From Chrysomallon squamiferum (taxonomy: Eukaryota > Animalia > Mollusca), in NCBI GenBank assembly GCA_012295275.1, contig CM022667.1, positions 21,576,001 through 21,640,000 of the forward strand: 64,000 bases of DNA, read 5' to 3'. Below the pieces are notes generated by a model. That model ran no database searches. It was not told the DNA's origin and was given only the letters and a program-made list of their open reading frames with translations. A program made the translations under genes and the position numbers. This document shows, piece by piece, positions 14,051 to 27,900 of this stretch; within the stretch, counting starts at the first letter, position 1, and the number at the start of each line of letters is the position of its first letter.

Positions 14051-14097
<47 letters not shown>
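14051..14097. repeat. (AAT)n microsatellite
   Basis: Trinucleotide run; source of the poly-Y ORF. Confidence 0.9.
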
Positions 14098-14100
<3 letters not shown>

Positions 14101-15129
14101 TATGGATAAATTAAAATAAACGCTGTTTCAAATGGAGATTTGAAATATAATGTCATCAAGCGTATTTTAGACACAATTATGGTAGAAAGGAATAAGCATT
14201 GGGTTATTATAGAAGAAATCATACAGTTAATTATCGGGTTATTCACTGATAATCACTGAATAATATTTATTTATCTTAATATTAGTAGACTACTAATATA
14301 CAAATATTGTTTGGAGTAGTTTTATCTCAGAAAATGCATGAACATTTGGAAATACAGAGTTATAAGAAAGAATTGTTGTTGACTTTTATATTATTCTAAT
14401 TAATACTATCAATAAATAAATAAATAAATAGGAAAATGTAATCTTATAAAACACAGCATATATATATTTGCATGAATACACATACCTTTTACAAGACTCA
14501 TATTCATTATGGTACAGTTTATTTGGAAACAAAACATGAAGAAATATAGATTTGAAACATACTGAAAGAGAAAACCCCCCAGATTAAATGAAAAAAAAAG
14601 AAGAAAAAATAACATTAATATAAAGAAATAAAAATAAGAAGAGACATGAAGGTGGCAGAACTAGTATAATATATATTTGTCCATGCATTATAAATTAATT
14701 TTTAATTAGTCTTTTATTATTAATGCCACTTAAACTAATAAAGGAACATATTGCAAAAACGTTGTTTGATCATGCTTTTTGCCAGCCATTGTAAACTGTT
14801 ATTTGGTAAACTAATGAGGAAAATTCAGTCTGTAATCAGCTGACTGGGAGTAGTGGCCCCCGTTTCTTGTGATATACTCTTCAACAAAAAGTAGTTTATA
14901 ATACAACTGGCAAAAGTGTAAATATATTAGCTATGGTTATATGATAATAGTGAATTAACTGGGCAAACATTACAACTTGCAGTTCAGTATTACACTACGT
15001 TTCATGATCACCATAGATCTTGTGATCTACTGGGGGTGAGAAGTCAAATTTGAAAATTAACACTATTTTTTTTTTTGTTTTATATCAGAACTGGCATGAT
15101 GTGTAAGAGATTCATTTAATCAATGAGTT

Positions 15130-15530
15130 TGAGCACCCTGTAGTCATCTGAAGGAGTCTTTTCCACTCCTCTTGCAGCACCTAAATGAAGTTCCACATAC
15201 ACATCTATCAATCACGTCCAGGCATGCTGTCTGGGCTCATTGCATTTGATACATTGTGTGCTGTTGGCAATTCATGCATGGTCAGCTAGGGCACTGCTGT
15301 CCTGAAAAAGGAAACGTCAACCCACATGCCTTGCAAATATGACGAGAAACGGTCAGTATGTTGCCAGACAAAACCATGCCTGCCAAGGCTTTCCAAAGTG
15401 AATTAGTCATCTGAAAACATGACATGTGACCACCATTATGTCTGTGGACAATGTGATGATTTGTCAAGACAGAACAAGACATGAAGGTTGGCTGGATGAA
15501 TAAAGTTTCTAATCCATAACTGAGATACCA
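15130..15530 (-). mobile_element. Degenerate Tc1-family transposase fragment
   Basis: Minus-strand frames give WWSHVMFSDD*FTLESLGRHGFVWQH (cf. Tc1 W..V.FSDES.F.L...DGR..VWR) and FLFQDSSALADHA* (cf. F.FQ.DNARPH.A), with stops and an internal deletion. Confidence 0.6.
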
Positions 15531-16747
15531 TTAGCCTGATGCAACAATTTTATACTGGATATTAATATTAATATTTTCTGTTGCTCTACTTTGTTTTGAA
15601 GAGTTTATTTAAGTTATTTTTATTTTGTTTATAATGCATAGTCAAAATTGTGGGCTTCTGACAAATTCCACACTCCTTGTACCTTTTTTTTAAACACTTC
15701 TATTTTTACATTATTGGCATGATAAATGATACATTGGTAAATAAAATATATTTAATTATACAGAAGTGTCTTATATTTTTAAGTATCACTGTCACAAAAT
15801 CCACTTTTCAGAATAATTAAGACAAATGGATGGAATAAATTCTAAATACACAAACTAGTTAGCTGAATAAAGATGATATATAAAGCCTGAAGATAAACAA
15901 ATAAATAGAGGGAAAAGGGCTACGGTTTTCAAAACTTAAAAATCACAAAAGAATAAAGTATAAAATGAAGCAAAATCAAATTACAATGTTCAAATTTCAT
16001 TTTACTTTTTTTTTTCTTTTTTTCAAAGCAGAGTTTTAAAATAATGTAATAAAATGATTTGTTGCACCTTATTTGATTCATTTTTATTTCTGTCATATAT
16101 TTCTATAATATTATTTATTACTAAGTTGTTTCTATAAGTTATTTTTTCATTTACCAGAATTTCAAAACTACCTGTACTGAAACTCTGAAAATTATTAATA
16201 CTACCTTTGTTGTAAAACTGCTGAACATACAACACATGACTTTAAAATATATAAAATAAAAAGAAAAAAGTAATGCTTACAGTTTAATGTTTTTTCAATT
16301 CTGTTACAGGAAAGTGATTATTTTGAATAAGAAATGTTTAAAATGCCAATTACTAAGCATAATTAAATAAGTTAAAAAATAAAACTAGCACTTGAAAAGT
16401 AAAGAGTAAACTTATAAAAGCCTGCACACATATTTTACTTAATACATCTTCATGTAAAGTTACTAGAAAAGTAATGTAATGCAAACATTAACACAACAAA
16501 AAAGTAAAAACAATCAGATAAAAAAAATATAATAAATTTGATAATAAAATTTAACAGAGTCCAATAAAACTGTTAAACTGTTATTAAACTGCACATAAAC
16601 ATATATTGCACAAAGAGGAGTAACTAACACAGATATAGTTAGTAAACTATCTTCACAGTTTCTATTCATATAAATTTCGAATACATTTCCTATTTTAGTA
16701 CATTGTCTAAATAGCTGTAACAAAGTAAGTAATGAATTCAAAATATA

Positions 16748-19700
16748 TCACAAAATGTCATCCAAACAAATATAGCTTTTAAGAGTTGATGGCAAGGGAA
16801 GAAACTCTGAAGAATATAAAATTTTATTTCCCAAACAATTACGAATTTCAACACGACACAAATGTTTTAGTGTTGACACTGACTGAAAAAATTTCTTCAG
16901 ATGTAACATGGAATTCTGTGAAGGATCTTGAAATGAAGCTAAATAACTAGTTAAAGTTTTCATGTGTTGACGGTGTACTCCTGATAAAAGGAACAGTTGC
17001 AGAAGTTCATAATTGTCTCTGTAAAATAATATATAAAACAACAAATGGAAAAAATATTTTATTTAATTAATTTATTTTTGAGGATATCTGAAAAGAATGA
17101 AATAAAAACAACATGGTATGAGAGATACATTCTTAAAAATAATAAAATAATAAAATATAAAATTCTGTCTACATCTGGCTGTTTTTTAATTATGAAACAA
17201 TTAAAAAATAATAATAAACCATACCTAAAAATGTCCATAATTTCTTCTACAGGCAGATTAGAACAGCCCTGGATTAAGACATGGATTGTGTCAATGAATC
17301 CATTCTGAGCTGCTCTTTTCAGACAGGGCAATCTAGAATTACACACAAATATTACAAATTAAACTTAGGAAAAACTGATCTTTTTGTAGCAAAATTGGCA
17401 CATCAAGCACTAAAACAAATCTAAGTTGATTTAGATATTTAAACACAAACTATAATATATTTAATTATATTACAATTATTAACAAAGAAAAATGACTGTA
17501 AGATAAAACAACAATAAGAGATCAAATGCATTCATATAACTCTGCTCCAGTCTATTTCTGTTAATTAATTAGAGAAAAATTAAAATAACAATTAATTCAC
17601 TTCTTAATGCTTGTTGGAGGACAAGTGATGTCAATGCCATGTTTAAGAAACATTTCTACTATTGGTGCCTTCCCATGTTCAATGGCCACATGAACTGCAC
17701 ATCTGCCATCTTGATCTCGTATTTTGACACAAGCTCCAGCTAAATATAAATATATATATGTGTCAAAAAAAAAAAACAGACTGGCTGTTCATATGTATAT
17801 AATAGTGTTAAGACATGATATGTTTTTTATTTTGTTGATCAATCTATTCTAATAATAAATATAAAAAGCAACACTAACAACTTTTCTTTTTATCAGGACT
17901 TCATTCTGGTGATGTTTCAGTGAAAACAATATTTTATTTTGTTTATACTTTAAAAAAGAAAATAGTATTTACAAAATAAAAATAAAATATTAAAGACTGG
18001 CTTCAGTTTACAGTTTAAATCTTTTGGACACAGTAGGGCAGATGTAATATCTGAATAACAGTAAGTGAAAAGTCACCAGACAAAGTCAGATAAAAAACTG
18101 AAATGAAGAACATCACTGAACATAGTTCATCAAAGTTGACAATGTTAGAATATCATACAGAAAAAATGACCTAGACAAAAATCATTGTTATGTTACTTTT
18201 TTCTGCAAAATTCCAAATTATATTAACAGTAATAATAATTTTTAGAAATGAATGTTTTAAAATCTATTTATAGCCTTGGAAAACAATACTTAAAGCTAAA
18301 AATAAATATTTAAGATAACCAGACTGTTTTGGAGTATTTCTGTCTGTCTCATTGTTAAATATATAAACAAACAATTAAATGTAATTCTTGCAGGGAGATC
18401 TAGAGCTTCACCTGCAGTTTGCACTTTTGTTACTCACACTTGGGTGCACTGTGTCATCAGCTCTAGTCTTAGTATTCACAAGATGACAAACAATTATGGT
18501 CACTGTTATTTTAACATAATGTCCCATTACTCTAAAACAATTTGAAAATATTTGTTCATTTGATTGAATGTATATATGTTGTAATATGTAAGAAACCAAA
18601 TTAATGTTTAGATTATTTACCTTGGAGAAGTAATTTCACTGCTTGTTTTTTGTCAAACATAGCTGCAACATGCAGGGCAGTTACTCCATACATATCCTGT
18701 TTGTTCAAACAGCAGTTTTTTGACAACAAGTATTCAACTACTGGATAGTGACCTGAAGATAGCAAGAATAACAATCTTGGCACATTGTAATCTACATGCC
18801 CATGGTTAATGAGAGGATAATCCTGCTGCGTCCAGGGACCTGTAAGATGAGGATAATGTGTATGCAGGTGAATGGGTGTTAAAGGATGACAATGTATATG
18901 CAAATACGTATTTGAAAATATCAAATGTGATTTCACCAACCATTCATCACTGCTTCATACAAAGGTGTTACACCGTACTTGTTTGAAATATTTATATCAC
19001 ATTTGGCTTCACATAACATCTGAAAATGAAACAAAATCCTCAGTTCAGAAATGTTTTCAAAACCAATCATAAATTATCAATCACAGAAAATAAAATACTT
19101 AGTTTAAATGTTAAAGGATTATGGAATGAAAATAAATATAACTGTATATAACTATATGTATACAGCTTTGTTGTATCACTGGCAAATGCAATATATTTAT
19201 TTATTTTCAAAAAAACTGCTGCACGTAAACATATGAAAAGACAGTACGTCTAGCTATCTCAAAGTGTCCATTATATTATATTATTTTTACTTCATTATTA
19301 AAATAATGTCCTCAGTTTATCAATGTCCTCATGTATTTTATATTAATATCAAAGTTGTTTATTTGTTTAAAAAAATGCATAAACTATCACTAAGAAGTAT
19401 AATTAGGCTATTTAATTTTATTTAATATCATTATTCTTATGGAAAAGTGGTTATATTAATATGATATATAATAATAATTTCTTCTTAATAACAACATAAC
19501 TAGTTCAGTTTACATTACTTTCACAACAGATAAGGCTCCAAGTCTTGAAGCCAGAAACAAAGGAACATGGTCCTGACTTCCAATATTCACATCACATCCA
19601 GCAAAAATTAACTGTGAAACAATATGATGTCGAACTACATCATCTTTAATCTTAATAGCAGCATAAATTGGAGTTATCCCAACATTGTCAGCCATCTGCA

Positions 19701-19932
19701 CATCAGCACCATGTGCTAACAAAAGATCAACAACTTCTCCATGGTGCTTTTCAATGGCAGCCAATAGTGCAGTCTGGCTGTTGTACTCATTGAAGGCATT
19801 GACATCAGCTCCATCTTCTAGCAGGAAGAGACAAAATGGAACATCACCAAACCTGGCTGCATGTATCAGTTCTGTGTCTCCTTGATCATTACATTCACTG
19901 AACACTGTAGAACAGGCAGTGCTTACCATCAT
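16748..19932 (-). CDS. Ankyrin repeat and SOCS box-containing protein (ASB family, putative Cul5-Elongin BC E3 substrate receptor)
   Basis: Exons 19932-19519 (acceptor at 19942, in-frame stop just upstream of the ATG), 19019-18941, 18752-18621, 17739-17601, 17332-17225 and 17018-16748 (TGA), all GT-AG and phase-consistent. Multiple ankyrin repeats (GDTELIHAARFG, QTALLAAIEKH, GITPIYAAI, GVTPLYEAVMNGH, GVTALHVAAMFD) and a C-terminal SOCS box (VSTLKHLCRVEIRNCLG...LPLPSTLKSYI). Confidence 0.92.
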
Positions 19933-20199
19933 CTTTCACCACCTGTAAGAAACACAGAACAGAGCTATCAAATCTATTAAACAAATGTACAGTATTGATA
20001 TTGATCTTATTGTTTACAAGTAAGTAAAGTAAATGTACATTTATATAGATCTTTCTGGTTTATTGTAATATTTGGAGATATTTTTATATAACTTAGGAAC
20101 TTGAATTTTTTTTATCACTGATTAAATATGTGCATTAAAATACCTGTAATATATATTACTATCAATGTTTCAAAGTTGTTTCTTTTTTTACTTCATTTC

Positions 20200-20202
<3 letters not shown>

Positions 20203-20264
<62 letters not shown>
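20203..20264. repeat. (AG)n microsatellite
   Basis: Perfect dinucleotide run. Confidence 0.95.
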
Positions 20265-20268
<4 letters not shown>

Positions 20269-20759
20269 TCCAATACCTATTTTTTTAAAAGATGAAAACC
20301 ATAATCGAAGGATGTAATGATACTAACATTATTGTTTAGCACTAGAACGGAATTTTAAAAAAACAAAATTAAACCCTATGAGGAGGAGTACAAGAATGGA
20401 AATGTTATTTTTTCAGTCATAATTTTAAATCAACCTTGCAAAAGATTATTAAAATTTGTTTTATATTTTATATTTTTTATTAGCATTATTAATGGGCGAT
20501 AACTTGGATAAGTCAAAATGAAATGAAAAAATATTTTAATTTCGTTTGTATTAAACATTATATGATTATTTTGTTAGCTGAATAAAATTCTGAATTCAGA
20601 AAACAGAATTATAGTTTCATATATTTTAACAGCTTATCAGTTAATTAAAATGACCATTGACAATTACATATTTATTTAAAACTTAACAGTAATGGATCTA
20701 CTAAGAGTGTATTATCATTTCTTTCCCTGTTTACATGTGACATCATGAATGAATCATCG

Positions 20760-20920
20760 CTACAGGAATTATTCAAAATCTAATTGCGCATGCGTAGCCA
20801 GCTGGCACATTTTCTCGTACTTTTTCGATTATTTCCGCTGCAACCTCGCCCATAACAGTATCAGCCCGAAAACTAACGAAAGTTGCCGAGTATGAAATGA
20901 GAGCTAATTCGGCAACATGG
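20760..20920. promoter_or_regulatory. Putative bidirectional promoter between the ASB gene (-) and DYNC1LI (+), with NRF1 motif TGCGCATGCG at 20785-20794
   Basis: Start codons are about 1 kb apart head-to-head. CpG-enriched patch with an NRF1 consensus, and a YY1/TISU-like CAACATGGCG at the DYNC1LI start. Confidence 0.6.
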
Positions 20921-21916
20921 CGCCCATCGGTGAAAGAAGTGACAGGATGGGTACTGCTGTGGAGAATGACGCATCCATAGAAGATACGCAAAATTTATGG
21001 TAATGGCACTATTCTATTTATTTGACCATTATTATTTTTATCGACATTCAAATATATACCAACCTCTACAAAGAGGAATGATAGTTCCGGATAATCAAGG
21101 AAGGAATGTCTGTAAGAATTTCATTGCCAAAAATCTTTAAAATAACCATAATTATACATTATATGCATCGCTTCGTGCAGATAGTTCAACGCCAACTATT
21201 TTTATTTTTAATAAACATTTTTATCAACAATTTTAACATCTTTTGGCCAAGTTGTTCGCACCGTAACCATTAAATACATTGGCACCTGTTGTATATGAAT
21301 AGTTTCAAGCGGTCAAGACAACAGCCAAGCAAAATTACTTAATTAATTGCAAACTAAATACTGACTCAGACGACTAGGCTCCTTCAAAAGATGCTTTTTC
21401 TGCAGAGCAGCATCTAATGGTGATTACTGAAGAAGAGGTTTCATTCATAGTCATGTGGTTTTTATATTAAACAAATTATATTTTATATCATAGTTCATAG
21501 TGATAATGATTCATAATCATATAATCATAATGAAATATGTACAGTATTAGAGTATAAAGACATCTCAAAATTCAGATTTAATACTAGTATTAAGAATAGT
21601 TATAAAAAGTGACTCATATGTAATCTTACTAACATAAATGATCCAACTAAAATTTTAATTTTGAGTTCTATCATATTGTTTGTTCTTATATTATAAACCA
21701 GTATCGTGCATATTCCTGACTTGTAATTTGAAATAACATATCTTTATAAACAGCAAATTAGAACATTTGAAGTATATTCAACAGGTAAATAAAAAAAATA
21801 AAAAATTAATTGAGGTATTATTTAAAAAGAATTTGTTATTACAGATGCTAATTCCATAGATAATTATTAATAACTGAATTTCATAAATAATATTAAATAC
21901 ATTACTAAAAATATTA

Positions 21917-21976
<60 letters not shown>

Positions 21977-24900
21977 ACAATTAAAGCAGTCTCAGTAACA
22001 TCAGAAAATTATAGTAATGTATTCACTTGCCATTAGAGATATTCTTTGAAAAGAAAGTGTATTTTATATTTTCCCAAAAGTACCATGAAATAGAGATTAC
22101 CTAATATTAGTATTCAATATAATAATAACAAAGAATAATGATTCTTAATGTTATAATGTTATGTTTTGAAATACTTATCATCCAGTGATCCATGGTCAAA
22201 GTGGATAAAATGATTACATTTTTTGGAAGACATATTTAATATTTATTTGAATTTGAAAAAAGGATTTACTTTTAAAGTGTCTGTCATCCTTGATGACCAG
22301 ATTTGCTGCTAGACATTTTCCAACCATGACTTGGTAGCCTGTTAGACAAGCTTTTAATATTACTAATTACTGATCTTTAAGCTTAAGCATGACAGATAAT
22401 TATTTACAAACAAATAGCTAGGTATATGTGATGGAATTGTCAACAAATTCCCGGCCTACACATTGACTTTCAGTCCTGATCACTCGCAGCCTACAGTGGC
22501 TTTTTTGGCTGTAATAAAAAAATATACACAAACCATGTAGCCACTGTGATGTCATTTCATTTCCTGCTTTATTTAACATTCTGCTTTTTTCTTTAACCAG
22601 TATAACTATGACCAGGTGCTTTGATGGGGATTACATATGTCTTACACCCAATACTACTGTGGATAGGGTCTGACTGTTGTAACTGATTATGTAAAACATT
22701 AAACATTTTGAAAATTTATTTGCAGTTAGAGTATACTTTTATAGGCTACAGAAAAGTGAACGAAAAATAAAGAAATCAGAATTAAAATGTCAGATTTATA
22801 GACAGATGTTAAATGTTCCTTAGTCTGGTACAAATACTTGAAATATTCTATTGTTCAGGCACAAAAATTTATCAGGGCAAACTAATCTTCTGGAGGACAG
22901 GCTTAAAGATACCCATTGTTGTCCTCTGACAAACTAGGCAAATTCTTAAAATTGATCACTTAAAATCAGTAGTTAAGATGAAGTAGTTTTCAAAGTGAAT
23001 TTGTTCAGATTTTTAAATTATTATACATCTTTTTATTAATTATGTTTTGATCATCTTTATTTTTCTTTTAGGGCAAATATTCTCAGTGAAGTTCAGTCTC
23101 AGTCAGCATCTAAATTGTCAACATCGAGATCAGTATTAGTTTTAGGTAAATAATTTCAAACTGTTATCCATGTATATATTAACAAGTATTTTTTAAAAAT
23201 TATTTATTTTTAAATGTATTGTAGGAATTATATAAACTATTACAAGAGAAAATTTGGTCAACAACTCCAGTTTCCTTATTGTTTACCACTTGTTGTGGCT
23301 TTACTTTTGTGAATGTTAGTTACAGATACTTTAAAAATGGGCTTTGTTAGAATATTAAAATTAATCTTAATGCATAATTATTTACAATCTCGTTTAACTG
23401 GATTTTAAAAATAAAGAATTTGTATTTTAACTATTTTGTGATTTGAAATGGTACAGGGGATAATGAAACAGGAAAGACAACTTTAATAGCCAAACTTCAG
23501 GGCACTGATGAACCTAAGAAAGGATCTGGTCTTGAATATTATCACATTGATGTTAAAGATGAATACAGAGATGGTAGGTAGTTTTATAATTATACTATTT
23601 TATAGGGTAATACAAACTAAAGTAGAATATTGTCAAAAATGTTTCAATGGTAATTAAAATCACAGGAGCAATTTTACTGACAGATAAATCTCATTGTTGT
23701 AACGGATATATATATATATATATATATATAAGAAACTTTTTTATGCATTTGTTTTTAAAAACAAAACCAATAAATTACACTTTAAAAAAGTTACATTTCT
23801 TCAGTATATTTTAATTTGTTACAATGCTTCTTCATTTATTAGTTTTTACTAAAAGATATAAACTTCTAGTTATTTTTTAATAATTGTTTTCAGAACAAGC
23901 TAGGTTAAATGTCTGGTGTCTTGATGGTGATTCCAGCCACACTGGGCTTTTGAGATTTGCTCTCACAAAACAGAATTTTGCTGATACACTTGTGTTGCTT
24001 GTTGCAACTATGACACACCCATGGTCAATTCTCGAGTCACTGGAGAAGTGGGTCACTATACTTAGTGATCACATAGACAGACTGAAAATTCCACCAGAAG
24101 AGCGCAGAGAATATGAACAAAGCTGTGAGTTTGTTTTAAATTAGGCTTCTCTCCCTTTGTTAATAGACTTATCACTATACAATGTATTTTCATGATTTGC
24201 TGGTTGTAATTGCAGCATATTAAATCTTATGAAGTTGCTTATTCCGACTTAAGGTTTAACAGCAGCATTGCCATGCTGTTTACCTTTGTAGCATTTGTTG
24301 AATTTAGAAAGATTTTGATCTGCTGTTCTAAATTCACTGATATTTTATACATTTTATGTGTACTGTTTATCACTTATTATACTGGTAAATTACTGGTCCT
24401 TTTCAAGATTGGTTTGCTGGTGTTAAGTTTCTGTGGGATGGTGAATATAAGATACCTTGCTGCTGGTAGCATTAAATGTCATTAAATAAAAATATATTTA
24501 AGTTTTTATGTAAGTGATTGTGTGGCATTTTTTGAATAGAATAATCATGTTTCACATAAATTACACATAAATCTTATTCAGATGAACAAATCTATTATAT
24601 CCTGAATAAAGTTGTACATCTTCTCTGCTGCAAACATTGATTTATATATATGGCATTTGAAATATTACGCTTCGTAATGATAAATTACACTTAATAATAA
24701 CTTCGTTTGTTTTGGCTCATGTAATAAAAGGGATAACTTTTCTTTTTACTAAAACCTATTTTTATATCCTAAATGACTCATACTTATTGTGTGTATGGGT
24801 ATCTGTAATTGTATATGTTTTCTGCAGCTGCTGTTATTCTATATGACTGCTGTTAACAGAGATGATATCACACCTCTGTCAACTCACTGGTAGATAAGCA

Positions 24901-27900
24901 GCAATACAGTGTTTCTGACAAATTTATGATATTAACATATTCTACAACAATGCCTTGAGGATTAAGTATGATATCACTATCAGAAAAAAAGTGTATTTGT
25001 AAATAAATAAAAAATATTGTTCATTTATTTGGAGCCACAGCTTTAAAATAAATTGAATGAGTGTAAAATATTATTATTTATTAGTGTGTGTGTACATTCA
25101 CATGCAGACATACATATTATTGCTGCATAATTGCTGATTATGAATTAAATTCAGAATGTGCGTAAAAACATGTTCAGTGTAGTCTGTCAGTTTAAACTTA
25201 AATTATAATAACAAAACTGGAAAATTGACTCGTATTCTGTTGTTTAAATACACGCATGTTTAATGTATTCAATAAAAAACCAAACTGTCTTATTTCTCTC
25301 TATTTTGTACTTCAAGAAACAGTCTAATATTCCATATTACTATTTTTCTGGTTGTTCAAAAAAATATAATATTTTAAAATAGGGTGAATGAGACAAATTT
25401 ACAAACACACACAGTCAGATGTATTTTATTAAAAATATATGCATTAATTTTTCAAGAAAGATAAGTTGCATTGTTTAAAAACTTCAATGTTGATAATTAA
25501 ATATGAGTTTGTATATGTGTGTTCTAAATTAAAATCTGATGCAAAATAAATTGTGTAATGTAAATGTTATAACAGCTTACATTCTACAGTATTTATTTGA
25601 AGTCATAGCTATATTGATTTGTTCAAAGGAAATAATAGTTTCTATAGCCCTAGCTTTTCTATTGATTATACTAGCTTAAATAGTGACAGGTGCTGTGCAT
25701 GTAGTACTTGCTATGCTCACTTTGTTAAGATACATTATGTAACAGTTACAACACCAAATAAAATTTATAAAAATACGTATACCATTTTGTTCCCACAATT
25801 TTTTTAACAAATAAAAAAAAATGATCAGTGGAATCAATCCTGAGTACCGTCGAAATAAACAGTAGAATAAAAAATTAGTTCTTTTAACTTTTTAATTATT
25901 ATTTTTTGAAATGAATTTTTTCAGCATGTGTGTTTGATTCAATATAAATACAGTGGTACCTTAACTTAAGCATTTTCTGAGTTATGAGCAGTGGCGTAGT
26001 TGATTTTTTGCTTTGAGTTCTGAGCCAAAATTCAAGTTATGAGCAAGCTTCAGCTGTGCTGCCACTAGTTGGTGCAGTGAACAACAACATCCAGCCAACA
26101 CACCACATCTCTCTCATTTACTTCACAAGGTTACCTCACTGCTGAAGCATCTCTGTTGTGTTGTGTTCGTGTTTTGTGCAGTATTTTGCCAAATTTCTTT
26201 TTTCTGATCATGGATTGTAAGAAAATGAGTGCAAAGGACAGTGCTGAGAAAAAGAAGCGGATGATGCCCATTCAATTAAAGCATGAAATCGTAGAAAAAC
26301 ATGAGCGAGGTGTGCATGTAGTTGACATGGCTAGGCAGTATGAGTGTAGTATCAAACTGAAGCAGAAGCAGTCAATAAAGGCTGTAACTTCAGCCAAAAG
26401 CTTAAAATAATTTGTCTGATCTCCAAGATAAATACACCTTACAAAACCAATTTATTTCTTTACATTCTCTTTTATTTTGTTTTACACGGTATTTGTCATT
26501 TATAAATACATTTTTTTTTATTTACAAACATGTAACAAAAAAAAATGGGATGGTTTTGGGGGGCTCAAACGGATTAATGGTATTTTAATTAATTTCAGTT
26601 GGGAAAATTGATTTGATATATGAGCAAATTAAGTTACGAGCTCAGTCACAAAGCAAATCAAACTCTTAAGTCACTGTACCACTGTACATGGGTAATAAAA
26701 AAAAGGGTTAATTATGCATTATAAATTACTAATGTAGTATTTAATTAAAAAAAAAAAAAAAAAATTAACAATTACTTTTTTCATAACATTTTTGTTTCCA
26801 GTAATTCGATTTTTCCAAGAATATACAGAGCCAGAAGAAGGTCAGGCTAGCAGTCACAGTGTACCTCGAGGGGACATGAATCCATTACACCCAACAGCAT
26901 TAGGGTCAGATGAAGATAAAGTTGTACTTCCTCTTGGAGAGAACATACTGTCACACAATTTAGGGATTCCAATAACAGTAGTCATAACAAAGGTATGTCT
27001 CATCCCACACATAACATATAAACTATTCATTAGGAAGAAAATAATAGGAAATGTAAATTATCTAAGTTGTAATGATGCATTTTAATTAGGCAGCCTCTAA
27101 ACCATTCAAAATAATCTATATCCTCTAAAGATTTAACATACTCTTTACCAGATCCAAAAGCCTGGATGGGTTGTGTGACACTTCTGTTTTAATTTTATAA
27201 ATGTTACTTTTGTTTGTTTATCTATTTGCTGTTGTGATAGACAGTATTATTTTTGTGTATTTAAAAAAATATGTTTTTATTGTTTTTTTCTCAGAGTGAT
27301 GCAATCTCAACATTAGAGAGAGACCATGACTATAAGGAAGAACACTTTGATTTCATTCAACAGCATATTAGGAAATTCTGTTTAAAGTGTATCTTTGGAA
27401 AATAATTGAACAGTACCAATGAATTGCTGGTGTTTTCTGTTAATACATTTTCTATGAGTAGTTATATTTCTCTGCTTTCTGTTTGACAGCAGATGATGAT
27501 TAGTTTAATAACCCTCAGAGTCAAATTGTAAAGCAGATTCCATATGGATCAGTCATGTTTGGAATAGAAATTTATATTTGTAGCAACTATATTACATAAG
27601 ATGACATTTTTAGGCATTATAGTTTGTATGGCTAGAAAACAATATATTTGATCATTCTGTTTGTTTTTTCACACTATATAAGTAATAATTTAAATTTTAT
27701 GAATTTCCAAAAAAAACCTATTGTTTTTCAAGTTAAATCAAATCTGGATGCTACATTTTTATGTTTTCTGCATGTTAAATATTAAATATAATAAGAAAAT
27801 TGTTAATAAATTATTTACTCTTCAGCTAAAACTTTATAAATCTGACCTTGACTCTTACCAGATGGTGCTGCATTATTTTATACATCTGTTAAAGAAGACA

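Noticed and set aside
20773-20991. 72-aa minus-strand ORF over the DYNC1LI start
   Set aside because: Antisense shadow of GC-rich exon 1 and promoter; no recognisable motif.
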